DNA of 64,000 nucleotides from Desulfosudaceae bacterium (GTDB lineage: Bacteria; Desulfobacterota; Desulfobacteria; Desulfobacterales; Desulfosudaceae). The position numbers were made by a program, and so were the translations under genes. Positions 42,253-51,554 of the stretch are shown one piece after another (the stretch's first letter is position 1; every line of letters starts with the position of its first letter). The stretch is from NCBI GenBank assembly GCA_963674745.2, contig CAXXDV010000003.1:1408001-1472000 (forward strand), given 5' to 3'. Below the pieces are notes generated by a model. It searched no databases, had not been told where the DNA came from, and saw only the letters and a program-made list of their open reading frames with translations.

Positions 42253-42340
42253 GGGTTCAGGGATTCGAGGGGTCAAGGAGTCAAGTGAAGGAGCAGTGCC
42301 TTGGCCCCTTGACCCCTCGAATCCTTGAACCCTTGAACCC
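42253..42340. repeat. Inverted pair of octamer arrays forming a long hairpin
   Basis: gggttcag ggattcga ggggtcaa ggagtcaa, spacer, ttggcccc ttgacccc tcgaatcc ttgaaccc ttgaaccc, then TTTT. Confidence 0.85.
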
Positions 42341-42401
42341 TTTTCTGACATTAAATAGGGGCTAAAACAATTAAATAATGAAGTACTAAGGAGAATTACT
42401 A

Positions 42402-43244
42402 ATGGCAAATGCCTTTACGCAAGACGATATAGACGCTTTCAAGCCGGCTGAAAAAATCGGCCTGGTGGCCACTATCAATCCTGAAGGGCTGCCCCATATT
42501 ACGCTGATCACGTCCATTATGGCCTCCGGTCCCGGTCAGGTAACGCTGGGCGAATTTTCCAAAGGTAAAAGCAAAGAATACCTGCAGCTCAACCCCGACA
42601 TGGCCTTTCTGGTTCTGACCATGGACAGGAAAATATGGCGCGGCCGGGCGACCTGGACCCATTTGAAGAAAGAAGGTCCGGAATACGAGGTTTACAACGA
42701 CATCCCCATGTTCCGTTATAACGCCTATTTCGGCATCAATACCGTTCACTACCTGGATTTAAAAGAAACAAGCGGTCGCAAAAGCCTTCCCCTGGCCAGG
42801 ATTATTCTATCGACGTTGTTGACCAGGATGATCAAAGGGAAGTTCAAAACCGGAAAAACCGCTCAAGTGTTAAAGCCTTTTGCCGAACGCGGCATTTTCA
42901 ATAACCTGAGCGCCCTCAAGTTCATCTCCTGGATCGGAGAGGACGGCTTGCCCAGGCTGATTCCGGTTGTTCAATGTCAGGCGGCTGATTCCGGCCGACT
43001 GGTCTTTTTCTGTTTTCCTTTTGGCAAGGAACTGGCCGCCATCCCGGACGGTACACCGGTGGCTGTATTCGCCCTGACCATGGTTATGGAGAACGTGCTG
43101 ATCCGGGGAAAATTTATCCGAAAGAAAAAGATTTTGGGACTGCCCATGGCTGCCGTTGATATCGACTGGGTCTATAACTCCATGCCCCCCTGCCACGGCC
43201 AGATTTATCCGGAAATACCGCTCGAACCGGTAACGGCTTTTTAA
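42402..43244 (+). CDS. Protein with tandem pyridoxamine-5'-phosphate-oxidase-like (split-barrel) domains
   Basis: GLVATINPEGLPHITLI and KFISWIGEDGLPRLIPV internal duplication; RBS AAGGAG. Confidence 0.75.
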   Translation: MANAFTQDDIDAFKPAEKIGLVATINPEGLPHITLITSIMASGPGQVTLGEFSKGKSKEYLQLNPDMAFLVLTMDRKIWRGRATWTHLKKEGPEYEVYNDIPMFRYNAYFGINTVHYLDLKETSGRKSLPLARIILSTLLTRMIKGKFKTGKTAQVLKPFAERGIFNNLSALKFISWIGEDGLPRLIPVVQCQAADSGRLVFFCFPFGKELAAIPDGTPVAVFALTMVMENVLIRGKFIRKKKILGLPMAAVDIDWVYNSMPPCHGQIYPEIPLEPVTAF

Positions 43245-43247
43245 AAA

Positions 43248-43752
43248 TGTGGTTAAGTGGTTAAGTGATTATGTGGTTATGTGTTCTGGAGATGGGAGAT
43301 TGAGGCTTTAAAGGTTTTGGGGTTTTAAGGTTTTAGAGTTTTAAGTGGTTATGTGATTAAGTGATTATGTGGTTATGTGTTCTGGGGATGGGAAGTTGAA
43401 GCTTTAAAGGTTTTGGGGTTTTAAAGTGTCAGGGTTTTAGGTTCGAGGTTTATGGCTTGTGCTCATGTAGGGGCACCCCCCTGTGGGTGCCCATTTACCG
43501 GGCGGCCACAGGGGGCCGCCCCTACAATTCCGAAAAATTTAGCGGCCAGTTTTCATAACATAAACAACATTTTTGGGGTTTAAATGGTTAGGTTTTTGTA
43601 AATACAACTTGCATTTCCTCGTTGCACTCGGACAAGCCCGCACCATCAGCTAACCATCTAAAACATAAAACTTTAAAACCTAAAACCTTTGATGCCTATA
43701 CATCTCAATTTGCTATTCACATAATCACTTAATCACCTAAACACATAATCAC
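43248..43752. repeat. Composite intergenic element: two ~96-bp G/T-rich units, REP doublet core, inverted A/C-rich unit
   Basis: Units starting at 43261 and 43357 (ttaagtgattatgtggttatgtgttctggRgatggga...gctttaaaggttttggggttttaa); inverted related unit at about 43655-43752. Confidence 0.9.
43466..43526. repeat. GTAG-type REP doublet (REPIN-like)
   Basis: TGTAGGGGCACCCCCCTGTGGGTGCCC-ATTTACC-GGGCGGCCACAGGGGGCCGCCCCTACA: two inverted GC hairpins with GTAG/CTAC ends. Confidence 0.85.
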
Positions 43753-45426
43753 TTAAACCTTAAACTTCCCCATAAGCTGATACAACTGCTCCGCCAGGCC
43801 GGCCAGGTTTTCAGCGCTCTTTTTTAACTGGTCGCTGTTTCCCGCCACATCAATCGCACTCTGATTGACATTGAGAATGTCTTCCGCCACCTGGCTGGTG
43901 GACTGGGAACTCTGGGAAACGCTTTCAGTCACATCCCCGATGGCCTTGGAGATTTCAGATACATTGCTTGCGATTTCTCTGGTAGTAGCCGATTGTTCCT
44001 CTACCGAAGATGCAATAATCATGACCGTTTCGTTTACCTTATCAATAATATCGGCAATCCCCTGGATATCTTCGACCGTTCCAAAAGTTGTTTCCTGGAT
44101 ACTGTTAATTTTCCCCTTGATATCAAGCGTGGCCTCAGCAGTCTGCTTGGCCAGTACCTTGATCTCCTCTGCAACTACCGCAAAACCCTTTCCGGCATCC
44201 CCTGCCCTGGCCGCCTCGATGGTCGCATTCAATGCCAGCAGGTTGGTCTGTTCGGAAATATCATTGATGGTCTCGGTTACCTTTCCGATTTCGTCGGCTG
44301 CGGCACCCAGCGCGCCTACCCGGTTCGAGGCATGATCGGATTTTTCAACGGCTTCTCTGGTTATTTTCGAAGCATTATGTGAGTTCTGCGCGATTTCATT
44401 AATGGTGGAACTCATCTGTTCCGCCGAACTGGCCACTAAATCCGTGTTGGCCGTGGCTTCTTCCATGGCCACCGCAATATTACGGATACTGGCATCCATC
44501 TGTTCCATGGCGGAAGAAACGGAGTTGGTCTTGTCAACCATTTGCCCGGAAGACCGGTTCATCACACCGGAAAGATCGGTCAGGCTGTTAGAAGAACCTT
44601 TTAACGTCCCGGCATCGGATATAATCGACCGGGTCATGTTCTGCATATTTTCCATGAACATGTTAAACCACCTGGAAAGTTCACCTACTTCATCCTGGTA
44701 TTTAATGTCCAGCCGTCGCGTCAGGTCGCCTTCGCCCTTGGCAATGTTTTTAACCATATCCACGGCGTTTTGTATCGGCAGAATAATCGAGCGCCGCAAA
44801 ATAATGGTGACCAGAATTGTCGAGATCGCCACAATAAGGCAAAAAACCCATAAATTCCAATAGCGTTGGGCCTTGCTGAAAGAAACGACATCAGACAGCT
44901 CCGCCGTCAGGCGTTTTTTGTAATCAGATTTCAAGTTTTCAAGATCGTCTTGTATGGCCTTTATTTCTTTTGCCATACCAGAGACCTTTTTCCGCAATTT
45001 AGCATCTTCAAACATATTTGAATTTGAAACCAGGGAAAGATAAGTCGCTCTGGCGGCTTGAGAAAATTGTGCCGTTCTGGTGATCAATTGATCGATCTGG
45101 CTGGAATCCTTTTCCTGCTGCTTTGCCATCCGGCTGATATCCTGAAGCGTTTCTTGAACCATCGCAGCTTTTGAATCAGCTTTTTCAATCAGGCTCTGAT
45201 CACCGGTCATAAAAACATCTTTATAAAGTTCAACCTGATTATTGAAGGCTTCCAGCGCGGCCTGACTCTGGTGGGAAGCAGGGGAAAAAAACAGATGAAC
45301 GGATTGAATCCGTTCTTCCGTGTCAATTCCTTTTAAAAACCCTAACAGCATGGAGAAAAAATATCCTGCCAGCAGGATACCGAGGCTAAGATAGATTTTT
45401 TTAGAAATACCCAAAGATCGCAACAT
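43753..45426 (-). CDS. Methyl-accepting chemotaxis protein (2 TM, helical sensor, HAMP)
   Basis: GEGDLTRRL...[40 protein letters not shown]. Confidence 0.96.
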   Translation of the reverse strand: MLRSLGISKKIYLSLGILLAGYFFSMLLGFLKGIDTEERIQSVHLFFSPASHQSQAALEAFNNQVELYKDVFMTGDQSLIEKADSKAAMVQETLQDISRMAKQQEKDSSQIDQLITRTAQFSQAARATYLSLVSNSNMFEDAKLRKKVSGMAKEIKAIQDDLENLKSDYKKRLTAELSDVVSFSKAQRYWNLWVFCLIVAISTILVTIILRRSIILPIQNAVDMVKNIAKGEGDLTRRLDIKYQDEVGELSRWFNMFMENMQNMTRSIISDAGTLKGSSNSLTDLSGVMNRSSGQMVDKTNSVSSAMEQMDASIRNIAVAMEEATANTDLVASSAEQMSSTINEIAQNSHNASKITREAVEKSDHASNRVGALGAAADEIGKVTETINDISEQTNLLALNATIEAARAGDAGKGFAVVAEEIKVLAKQTAEATLDIKGKINSIQETTFGTVEDIQGIADIIDKVNETVMIIASSVEEQSATTREIASNVSEISKAIGDVTESVSQSSQSTSQVAEDILNVNQSAIDVAGNSDQLKKSAENLAGLAEQLYQLMGKFKV

Positions 45427-45598
45427 AAAGACGACTCCTTAAAACGAATTTCAAAACATCGAATATCGACATTTTTTTTAAACTACATAATTTATATAGA
45501 ATACGGTATTTAAACACGCATATCCAGAAATATCCGGTATCAGATGGATATTTTTTATTTTCAGTTGATCGGGATGACGTTACTGCCCTTTGTATTGA

Positions 45599-45627
45599 TT
45601 GACTGGAATGTCGATTAGATGTATAAT
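45599..45627 (+). promoter_or_regulatory. Putative sigma70 promoter of the fdh operon
   Basis: TTGACT-17 nt-TATAAT, about 140 nt upstream of ATG 45768. Confidence 0.7.
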
Positions 45628-45767
45628 ATTCTTCATAAAGTAAGTACGCCTCTCTTTTTTAGTGTGGTTCTTTTTTTCGACTACGGTTAATCCGGATATT
45701 TCATGCCCCACCTTTTTCCGGCTTTTGACAAAACATAAATAATTTCAAGTAATAGTCAGGTAAATTG

Positions 45768-48700
45768 ATGAAAATTTCCCGAAGGTCCTTTCTAAAAATC
45801 ACCGGCCTCGGTGCTTTTGGTATCGGTGCGCCTGAAAAAAAAGCAGGTGCCAAAAGCCAAACCAAACCATCAAAACCGGGATCTGATTACACCACTTCCA
45901 TCTGCCCTTTCTGCGCCGTGGGCTGCGGGCTCCTGGTCTTTCGGGAAAAAGGCCGGATCACCGACATCTGCGGCGACCCGGAGCACCCCATCAACCAGGG
46001 CGCCCTGTGCGCCAAAGGGCAGGCCCTGATCCAGATGGTCAACAACCCCCGGCGCCTGGATAAGGTCCTGTACCGCCCGCCGGGCGGAACCGCTTTTGAA
46101 GAAAAACCCTGGTCCTGGGCCATCGAACAGATCGCCAAAAGAATAAAACAGACCCGGGATGACGACTTTATCCACAAGGAAGGCGAAAATCGCGTCAATC
46201 GAACCGACTCCATTGCCTGTCTCGGCGGCGCGGCCCTGGATAATGAAGAGTGCTATCTTTACGTCAAACTGGCCCGGGCCCTCGGCATCACCCGCATCGA
46301 ACACCAGGCCCGTATCTGACACAGCACCACGGTCGCCAGTCTGGCGGCCAGTTTCGGCCGGGGCGCCATGACCAACCACTGGATAGACATGGCCAATGCC
46401 GATGCCGTTATGGTCATGGGCTCCAATGTCGTGGAAAACCATCCGGTGGCTGCCCGTTGGCTGGAAGCAGCCAGAAGTAAAGGCGCCGTTATTCTTTCGG
46501 TTGATCCCCGTTTTACCCGGACCTCAGCTTTTGCCGACCATTACTGTAAATTAAGAAGCGGCACCGACATCGCCTTTGTCGGTGGTATGATAAACTATGC
46601 TATAAGAAATCAACGCATTAACAGGCAATACCTCATTGACAACACGAATGCTTCATTTATTGTGGGCAAGGATTTTGGCTTTCATGACGGCCTGTTTTCC
46701 GGGTTTGATCCCGCAACTTTCAGGTATGACAAATCCAAATGGGCCTTTGAAATGGACGCCTCCGGCCTGCCCCGAAAAGACGAAACCCTCGCACACGAAC
46801 GTTGCGTGTTTCAACTTTTGAAAAAACATTTCAGTCGCTATGACGCTCAGACCGTGTGTGATATCACCGGCGCGCCAAAAGAACAGTACGAAAAAATCTG
46901 TGACCTTTTCACCCGCTCCTGGCAAAATGACAAGGCCGGCACCTGGCTTTACGCCATGGGCGCCACCCAGAGCAGTCACGGCGCGCAGAACATCCGTTCC
47001 TACTGCATTTTGCAGCTTCTGTTAGGTAACATCGGCATCGCCGGCGGCGGCATCAATGCCCTGCGTGGAGAATCAAATGTTCAGGGCTCCACCGACATGG
47101 CCCTTTTATACCACCTGCTGCCCGGATATTTAAAATCCCCGGCTTCAAAAGACATCACCCTGGCAGCTTACTTAAACGCTTACACGCCCGCCTCCCCTGA
47201 CCCGAAATCCGCCAATTGGTGGCAGCACACGCCCAAATATACGGTTTCGCTTCTGAAAGCCTGGTACGGGGCGCATGCCACAGCCCAAAACGATTTCTGC
47301 TATGATTATCTGCCCAAAAGAAGCGGCAATTACTCTTACATGTCCCTGTTCAAGGATATAGAACAAAGAATCGTCAAGGGCCTGATACTGTTTGGCCAGA
47401 ACCCGGTGGTCAGCGGCCCCAATTCCGGAAAGGAAAGTAAAACCCTGGCCAAACTGGACTGGATAGTGGCCGTTGATCTTTTTGAAACCGAGACCGCCTG
47501 CTTCTGGCAGGAAGACATGGCCGGGGCAAAAAACATCAACACCGAAGTGTTTCTGCTGCCGGCCGCCTTCTTCTGCGAAAAAGAAGGCAGCATCACCAAC
47601 AGCGGCCGCTGGGCCCAGTGGCGTTATGAGGCCGCCCCGCCCCCGGGGCAGGCCAGAGCCGACCTGTGGATTATAGATGCCCTGTACAAAGCCATTAAAA
47701 AAAAATACGGCCACAACGGCGTTTGTCCCGATCCGATATTGAGTTTAAAATGGGACTATGACGCGCCTGAGGGGCACGTCAGTCCCGACCCTCACCTGGT
47801 GGCGAAAGAGGTCAACGGTTATTTCACAGAAGATGCCGTGGTCAAAGGCCGGACTTTTAACCGGGGCGACCAGGTGCCCTCATTCGCCTTTCTGAAAGAT
47901 GACGGTGCCACTGCCTGCGGCAACTGGCTCTACTCGGGCTCCTATCCGGGCAAACAAATCGCCGACAACAAAATGGCCAGACGAAAGAAAACCGAGGCTG
48001 TCAACCACATCGGTCTGTTCCCCGAGTGGTCCTGGTGCTGGCCGGTCAATCGCAGGATCCTGTACAACCGGGCTTCGGTAGACAGAAACGGTCAACCCCG
48101 TAACCCGGATAAATGGGTCATCAAATGGGATGAAGAAAAAAAATGGCTGGGTGACGTACCCGATGGTGGTTGGGCCCCGGGGGATAAACTGCCCTTTATC
48201 ATGAAGCCTGCCGGATACGCCGAAGTTTTTGCTCCTTCTTTAAATGACGGGCCTTTTCCGGAACATTACGAACCATTTGAAAGTCCCGTGGCCAATTGTA
48301 TTTCCACAACCCGGAATAATCCGGCCGTCAACCCCCTGGCGTTTACGCTTGAAACAGCCCCTGACCGCAACGCCGGCAGCTTTGATCAATTTCCGGTTGT
48401 GGCCACGACCTATCGCATGAGCGAACACTGGCAGTCCGGGGCCATCACCCGCAACACCCCCTGGCTGACCGAGCTGGTGCCCGATTCATTTGCTGAAATC
48501 AGCCGCGAACTGGCCCGGGAGCTGTCCGTCAAAACCGGTGATATGGTCATGGTCGAATCCGCCCGGGGCGCTGTCAAATTAAAAGCCCTGGTGACCGGCC
48601 GATTTACCCCGTTCACGCTGCAGGAAAAAACCGTTCACCAGATCGGACTGTTATGGCACTTCGGGTTCAAAGGATTGGCCACGGGTGCGACCGCCAACAT

Positions 48701-48779
48701 GCTGACACCGGATATCGGCGACCCGAATACCATGATACCTGAATATAAGGCATTTTTATGTCGCGTAACCAAAGCATAA
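45768..48779 (+). CDS. fdnG: Formate dehydrogenase alpha subunit, selenocysteine-containing (UGA at 46317-46319 = Sec184), Tat-exported
   Basis: SRRSFLK; CPFCAVGC...C; EHQARI-TGA-HSTTVASLAASFGRGAMTNHW joins ORFs 45765..46319 and 46368..48779 in frame; PEYKAFL C-terminus. Confidence 0.95.
46317..46360 (+). promoter_or_regulatory. Bacterial SECIS element
   Basis: Hairpin GGTCGCC-AGTCT-GGCGGCC begins about 11 nt after the in-frame TGA and resembles the fdhF/fdnG SECIS apical loop. Confidence 0.8.
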
Positions 48780-48790
48780 GGAGATACATT

Positions 48791-49591
48791 ATGAAAGGTC
48801 TACTGATCGATACAACAAAATGCATCTCCTGCCGTGCCTGCCAGGTCGCCTGCAAGCGGCAGCATCACCTGGAAGCCGAAAAGACCAGCTTCTTTCTGAC
48901 AACCGGATATCAGAACCCGGTTCATCGCTCAAGCAAGACCTGGAACCTGATCACTTTCAACGAATCCACCGGTCCTGAAGGTTTCAGGTGGGAGTTCGGC
49001 CGCAGGCAGTGCTTTCATTGCGTGGAGCCCGCCTGCGTCACTGCCTGCCCGGTTGGCGCGTTGTATAAAAACAACTCCGGCGCGGTCTGTTATGACGAAT
49101 CCCGCTGCCTGGGATGCCGGTACTGCCAGATTGCCTGCCCCTTTAACGCCCCGCGTTTTGAGTGGGACAAGGCCATGCCGGAAATCAAAAAATGCGATCT
49201 GTGTGATGACCTGATCCAGTTTGGCGAACAGCCGGCCTGCAGCGCCACCTGCCCCACCGGGGCCATCATGTTCGGTGACCGGCAGGCGCTGCTGCGCGAG
49301 GCCAAAAACCGGATTGCCGAAGCCCCGGATCGTTATGTCAACCACGTCTATGGCGAAAAGGAGGTGGGCGGCACCTGCGTCCTGCATCTGGCCGCTGTTC
49401 CCTTTGAAAAGATGGGTTATGTCAGCGGCCTTCCGGAAAAGCCCCTGGCTCGTCAGATCGAAAAACCCATGCAGGCCATTCCCTTTGCCATGACCTCGAT
49501 GACCGCCATCCTGGGCGGTCTTTTCTGGATTATTAAGAGACGCGATGAAGTAAGTGAAGAAGAAAAAAATATGGACTCAGATAATGAATAA
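48791..49591 (+). CDS. fdnH: Formate dehydrogenase iron-sulfur subunit (FdnH/HybA-like)
   Basis: LIDTTKCISCRACQVACK, CFHCVEPACVTACP, CLGCRYCQIACPF, KCDLC; C-terminal TM helix. Confidence 0.9.
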   Translation: MKGLLIDTTKCISCRACQVACKRQHHLEAEKTSFFLTTGYQNPVHRSSKTWNLITFNESTGPEGFRWEFGRRQCFHCVEPACVTACPVGALYKNNSGAVCYDESRCLGCRYCQIACPFNAPRFEWDKAMPEIKKCDLCDDLIQFGEQPACSATCPTGAIMFGDRQALLREAKNRIAEAPDRYVNHVYGEKEVGGTCVLHLAAVPFEKMGYVSGLPEKPLARQIEKPMQAIPFAMTSMTAILGGLFWIIKRRDEVSEEEKNMDSDNE

Positions 49592-50849
49592 GCCGCAAAA
49601 CAGAAGATTTTCAGTCCTGATGGTGGTGCTGGTCGCGCTGGCCATAACCGGATTTGTACTGGCGGTTTACCGTTTCATGAACGGCATTGGCTCGGTCAGC
49701 AACCTCTCGGACGGTTACCCCTGGGGGCTGTGGGTGGCTGTGGACATCATGGCCGGCGTCGCCCTGGCCTCGGGCGGCTTTGTCGTCCTCGGTACCGTGC
49801 ACCTTTTCGGCGGCAAGCGTTTTGCCCCCATGGCCCGGCCGGCCGTGCTGACAGCCTTTCTGGGATACATTCTGTTTACCGTCGGCCTGATCATTGACAT
49901 GGGACGGCCCTGGCACATGCTTTACATCATGGTCGGCAACCGTCATTCACCGCTTTACGAAATCGGCTGGTGCGCCTCGTTTTATACGTTTGTGCTTTTC
50001 CTCGAAATCATGCCCGCCGTGTTCGATAAATTCCGATGGTACGGCTTCCTGGCGTTCTGGAAAAAAATCGTGCCTTTTCTGGTGATCGCCCTGCTGACCC
50101 TGTTTACCTGGGCCATGACGTTTTCCGTGGTATGGACCCTTGTTGTGGCCGCCATCCTGGTTGCCTGGGAAACGGCCATGCTCAAAGGGCTGTTAAAAAA
50201 AGACGACGAAGTCCCTATCCTGCTTATCGCCGCCGGTGTGATATTCTCTTTTTTACACCAGTCGTCCCTGGGCACCCTGTATATCCTGGCCGGGCAGAAG
50301 CTCAACCCCCTGTGGCACTCTCCCCTTTTGCCGGTGCTGTTCCTGATGTCGGCCATTGCCGCTGGTGTGGCCATGGTGGCCATGGAAGCCATTTTGACCG
50401 ACTGGCTACTCGATCACAAATCCGACCGGAATCTGTTGACGGGTTTTGTCAGCAAAATGCCGTTTATTCTCTGCCTGTATCTTCTTTTAAAGGCAAGCGA
50501 TATCCTGTCCCGTAATATCGGCCGGGAAGCGTTTGATTCAGGCATGCCGGCCCTGTTCTGGGCATTAGAAGTTTTTTTTGGTATCGTTATTCCATTGATA
50601 TTATTTGCCATTCCCAAAATCATTCGCACCAAAACCGGTATTTTTACAGCCTCTTTTCTGGTTGTGGCCGGCGTCGTCTTAAACCGGATCAATGTTGCCA
50701 TCATCGGTATTGACATTCCCCGATGGGAGCACTACTACCCATCTATCGGTGAGATATTCATCACCCTGGGCATCGTATCCGCCGGCATAATCGCTTTCAC
50801 CTGGATCAGCGGTAGTTTTCCCATCCACCCCAAAAAGGCCCGAGCCTGA
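49584..50849 (+). CDS. NrfD/HybB-family membrane subunit
   Basis: NLSDGYPWGLW, DMGRPW, FLHQSSLG, LWHSPLLP, LNRINV. Confidence 0.92.
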   Translation: MNKPQNRRFSVLMVVLVALAITGFVLAVYRFMNGIGSVSNLSDGYPWGLWVAVDIMAGVALASGGFVVLGTVHLFGGKRFAPMARPAVLTAFLGYILFTVGLIIDMGRPWHMLYIMVGNRHSPLYEIGWCASFYTFVLFLEIMPAVFDKFRWYGFLAFWKKIVPFLVIALLTLFTWAMTFSVVWTLVVAAILVAWETAMLKGLLKKDDEVPILLIAAGVIFSFLHQSSLGTLYILAGQKLNPLWHSPLLPVLFLMSAIAAGVAMVAMEAILTDWLLDHKSDRNLLTGFVSKMPFILCLYLLLKASDILSRNIGREAFDSGMPALFWALEVFFGIVIPLILFAIPKIIRTKTGIFTASFLVVAGVVLNRINVAIIGIDIPRWEHYYPSIGEIFITLGIVSAGIIAFTWISGSFPIHPKKARA

Positions 50850-50982
50850 ACAGATTTCTTCAGTTTCCGGCCCGATCAAAGCCGCTATAAGCTGCCCTCA
50901 TCCTGGCGGTGGTGCTAAGCGAAGTCTGGATGGGAGCCGGCATAAACTTTTCTCTTCTACACCGCATTGTACCCAGAAAAGA

Positions 50983-51012
50983 ATTGACGCATACTACCGT
51001 CAATGCTATAAG
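50983..51012 (+). promoter_or_regulatory. Putative sigma70 promoter overlapped by a palindromic operator
   Basis: ATTGACG-8-CGTCAAT inverted repeat; TTGACG-17-TATAAG with TGn extension. Confidence 0.55.
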
Positions 51013-51115
51013 AAAAAATCCAGCCCAAAAATATATCCTTATCATCAAAAGGAGGTGATGGCCGACTTCCGATCCTCATAGAGGGCTAAACTATCAAAAT
51101 AAGGGGAGGCATTAT

Positions 51116-51544
51116 ATGAAAAAAATCTTATGTGCCGTGTCTGTTCTTTTCCTGTTGGGGACAATATCCGCCTACGCGGAAATAGTAATTATTGCCAACA
51201 GTGGCGCTAACGTGACCGCCATCGATCAAAGTGTAATAAAAGATATTTATACAGGTAAAAAAACGGTCTGGGACGATGGCTCCAGGATCGCCTTTTTTAC
51301 CATGGAAGAGGGGCAAACCCAGCAAGCGTTTCTGCAACAATTTGTGAAGAAAAGCCAGCTTCAATACAATAATTTCTGGAGAAGAGAGCTTTTTCTGGGA
51401 AAAGCGGCCGGCATGCCCCCGTCCTGCAAAACAACGGAAGAAATGATTCAGAACGTCTCTTCAACGCCGAACAGCATCGGCTTCATCTCTTCCGATAAAG
51501 ACCTGTCCGACGCAAACGTCAAGAAAATCCAAATTATCAAATAA
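51116..51544 (+). CDS. Small periplasmic PBP-like protein (half of a phosphate-binding-protein fold)
   Basis: Signal peptide; IVIIAN...IKDIYTGKKTVWDDG, VSSTPNSIGFI. Confidence 0.8.
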   Translation: MKKILCAVSVLFLLGTISAYAEIVIIANSGANVTAIDQSVIKDIYTGKKTVWDDGSRIAFFTMEEGQTQQAFLQQFVKKSQLQYNNFWRRELFLGKAAGMPPSCKTTEEMIQNVSSTPNSIGFISSDKDLSDANVKKIQIIK

Positions 51545-51554
51545 GGAGGTAAAC

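Noticed and set aside
43248..43752. Possible CRISPR array (also 24961-25241)
   Set aside because: No constant 23-47-bp repeat with unique regular spacers and no cas genes; the units are 7-8-mers.
45765..46368. fdh alpha subunit as a split gene or pseudogene
   Set aside because: The TGA is in frame at the Sec position and is followed by a SECIS-like hairpin.
51050..51100. Fluoride riboswitch (GGTGATGG start)
   Set aside because: The downstream conserved pseudoknot segment is absent and the gene context does not fit.
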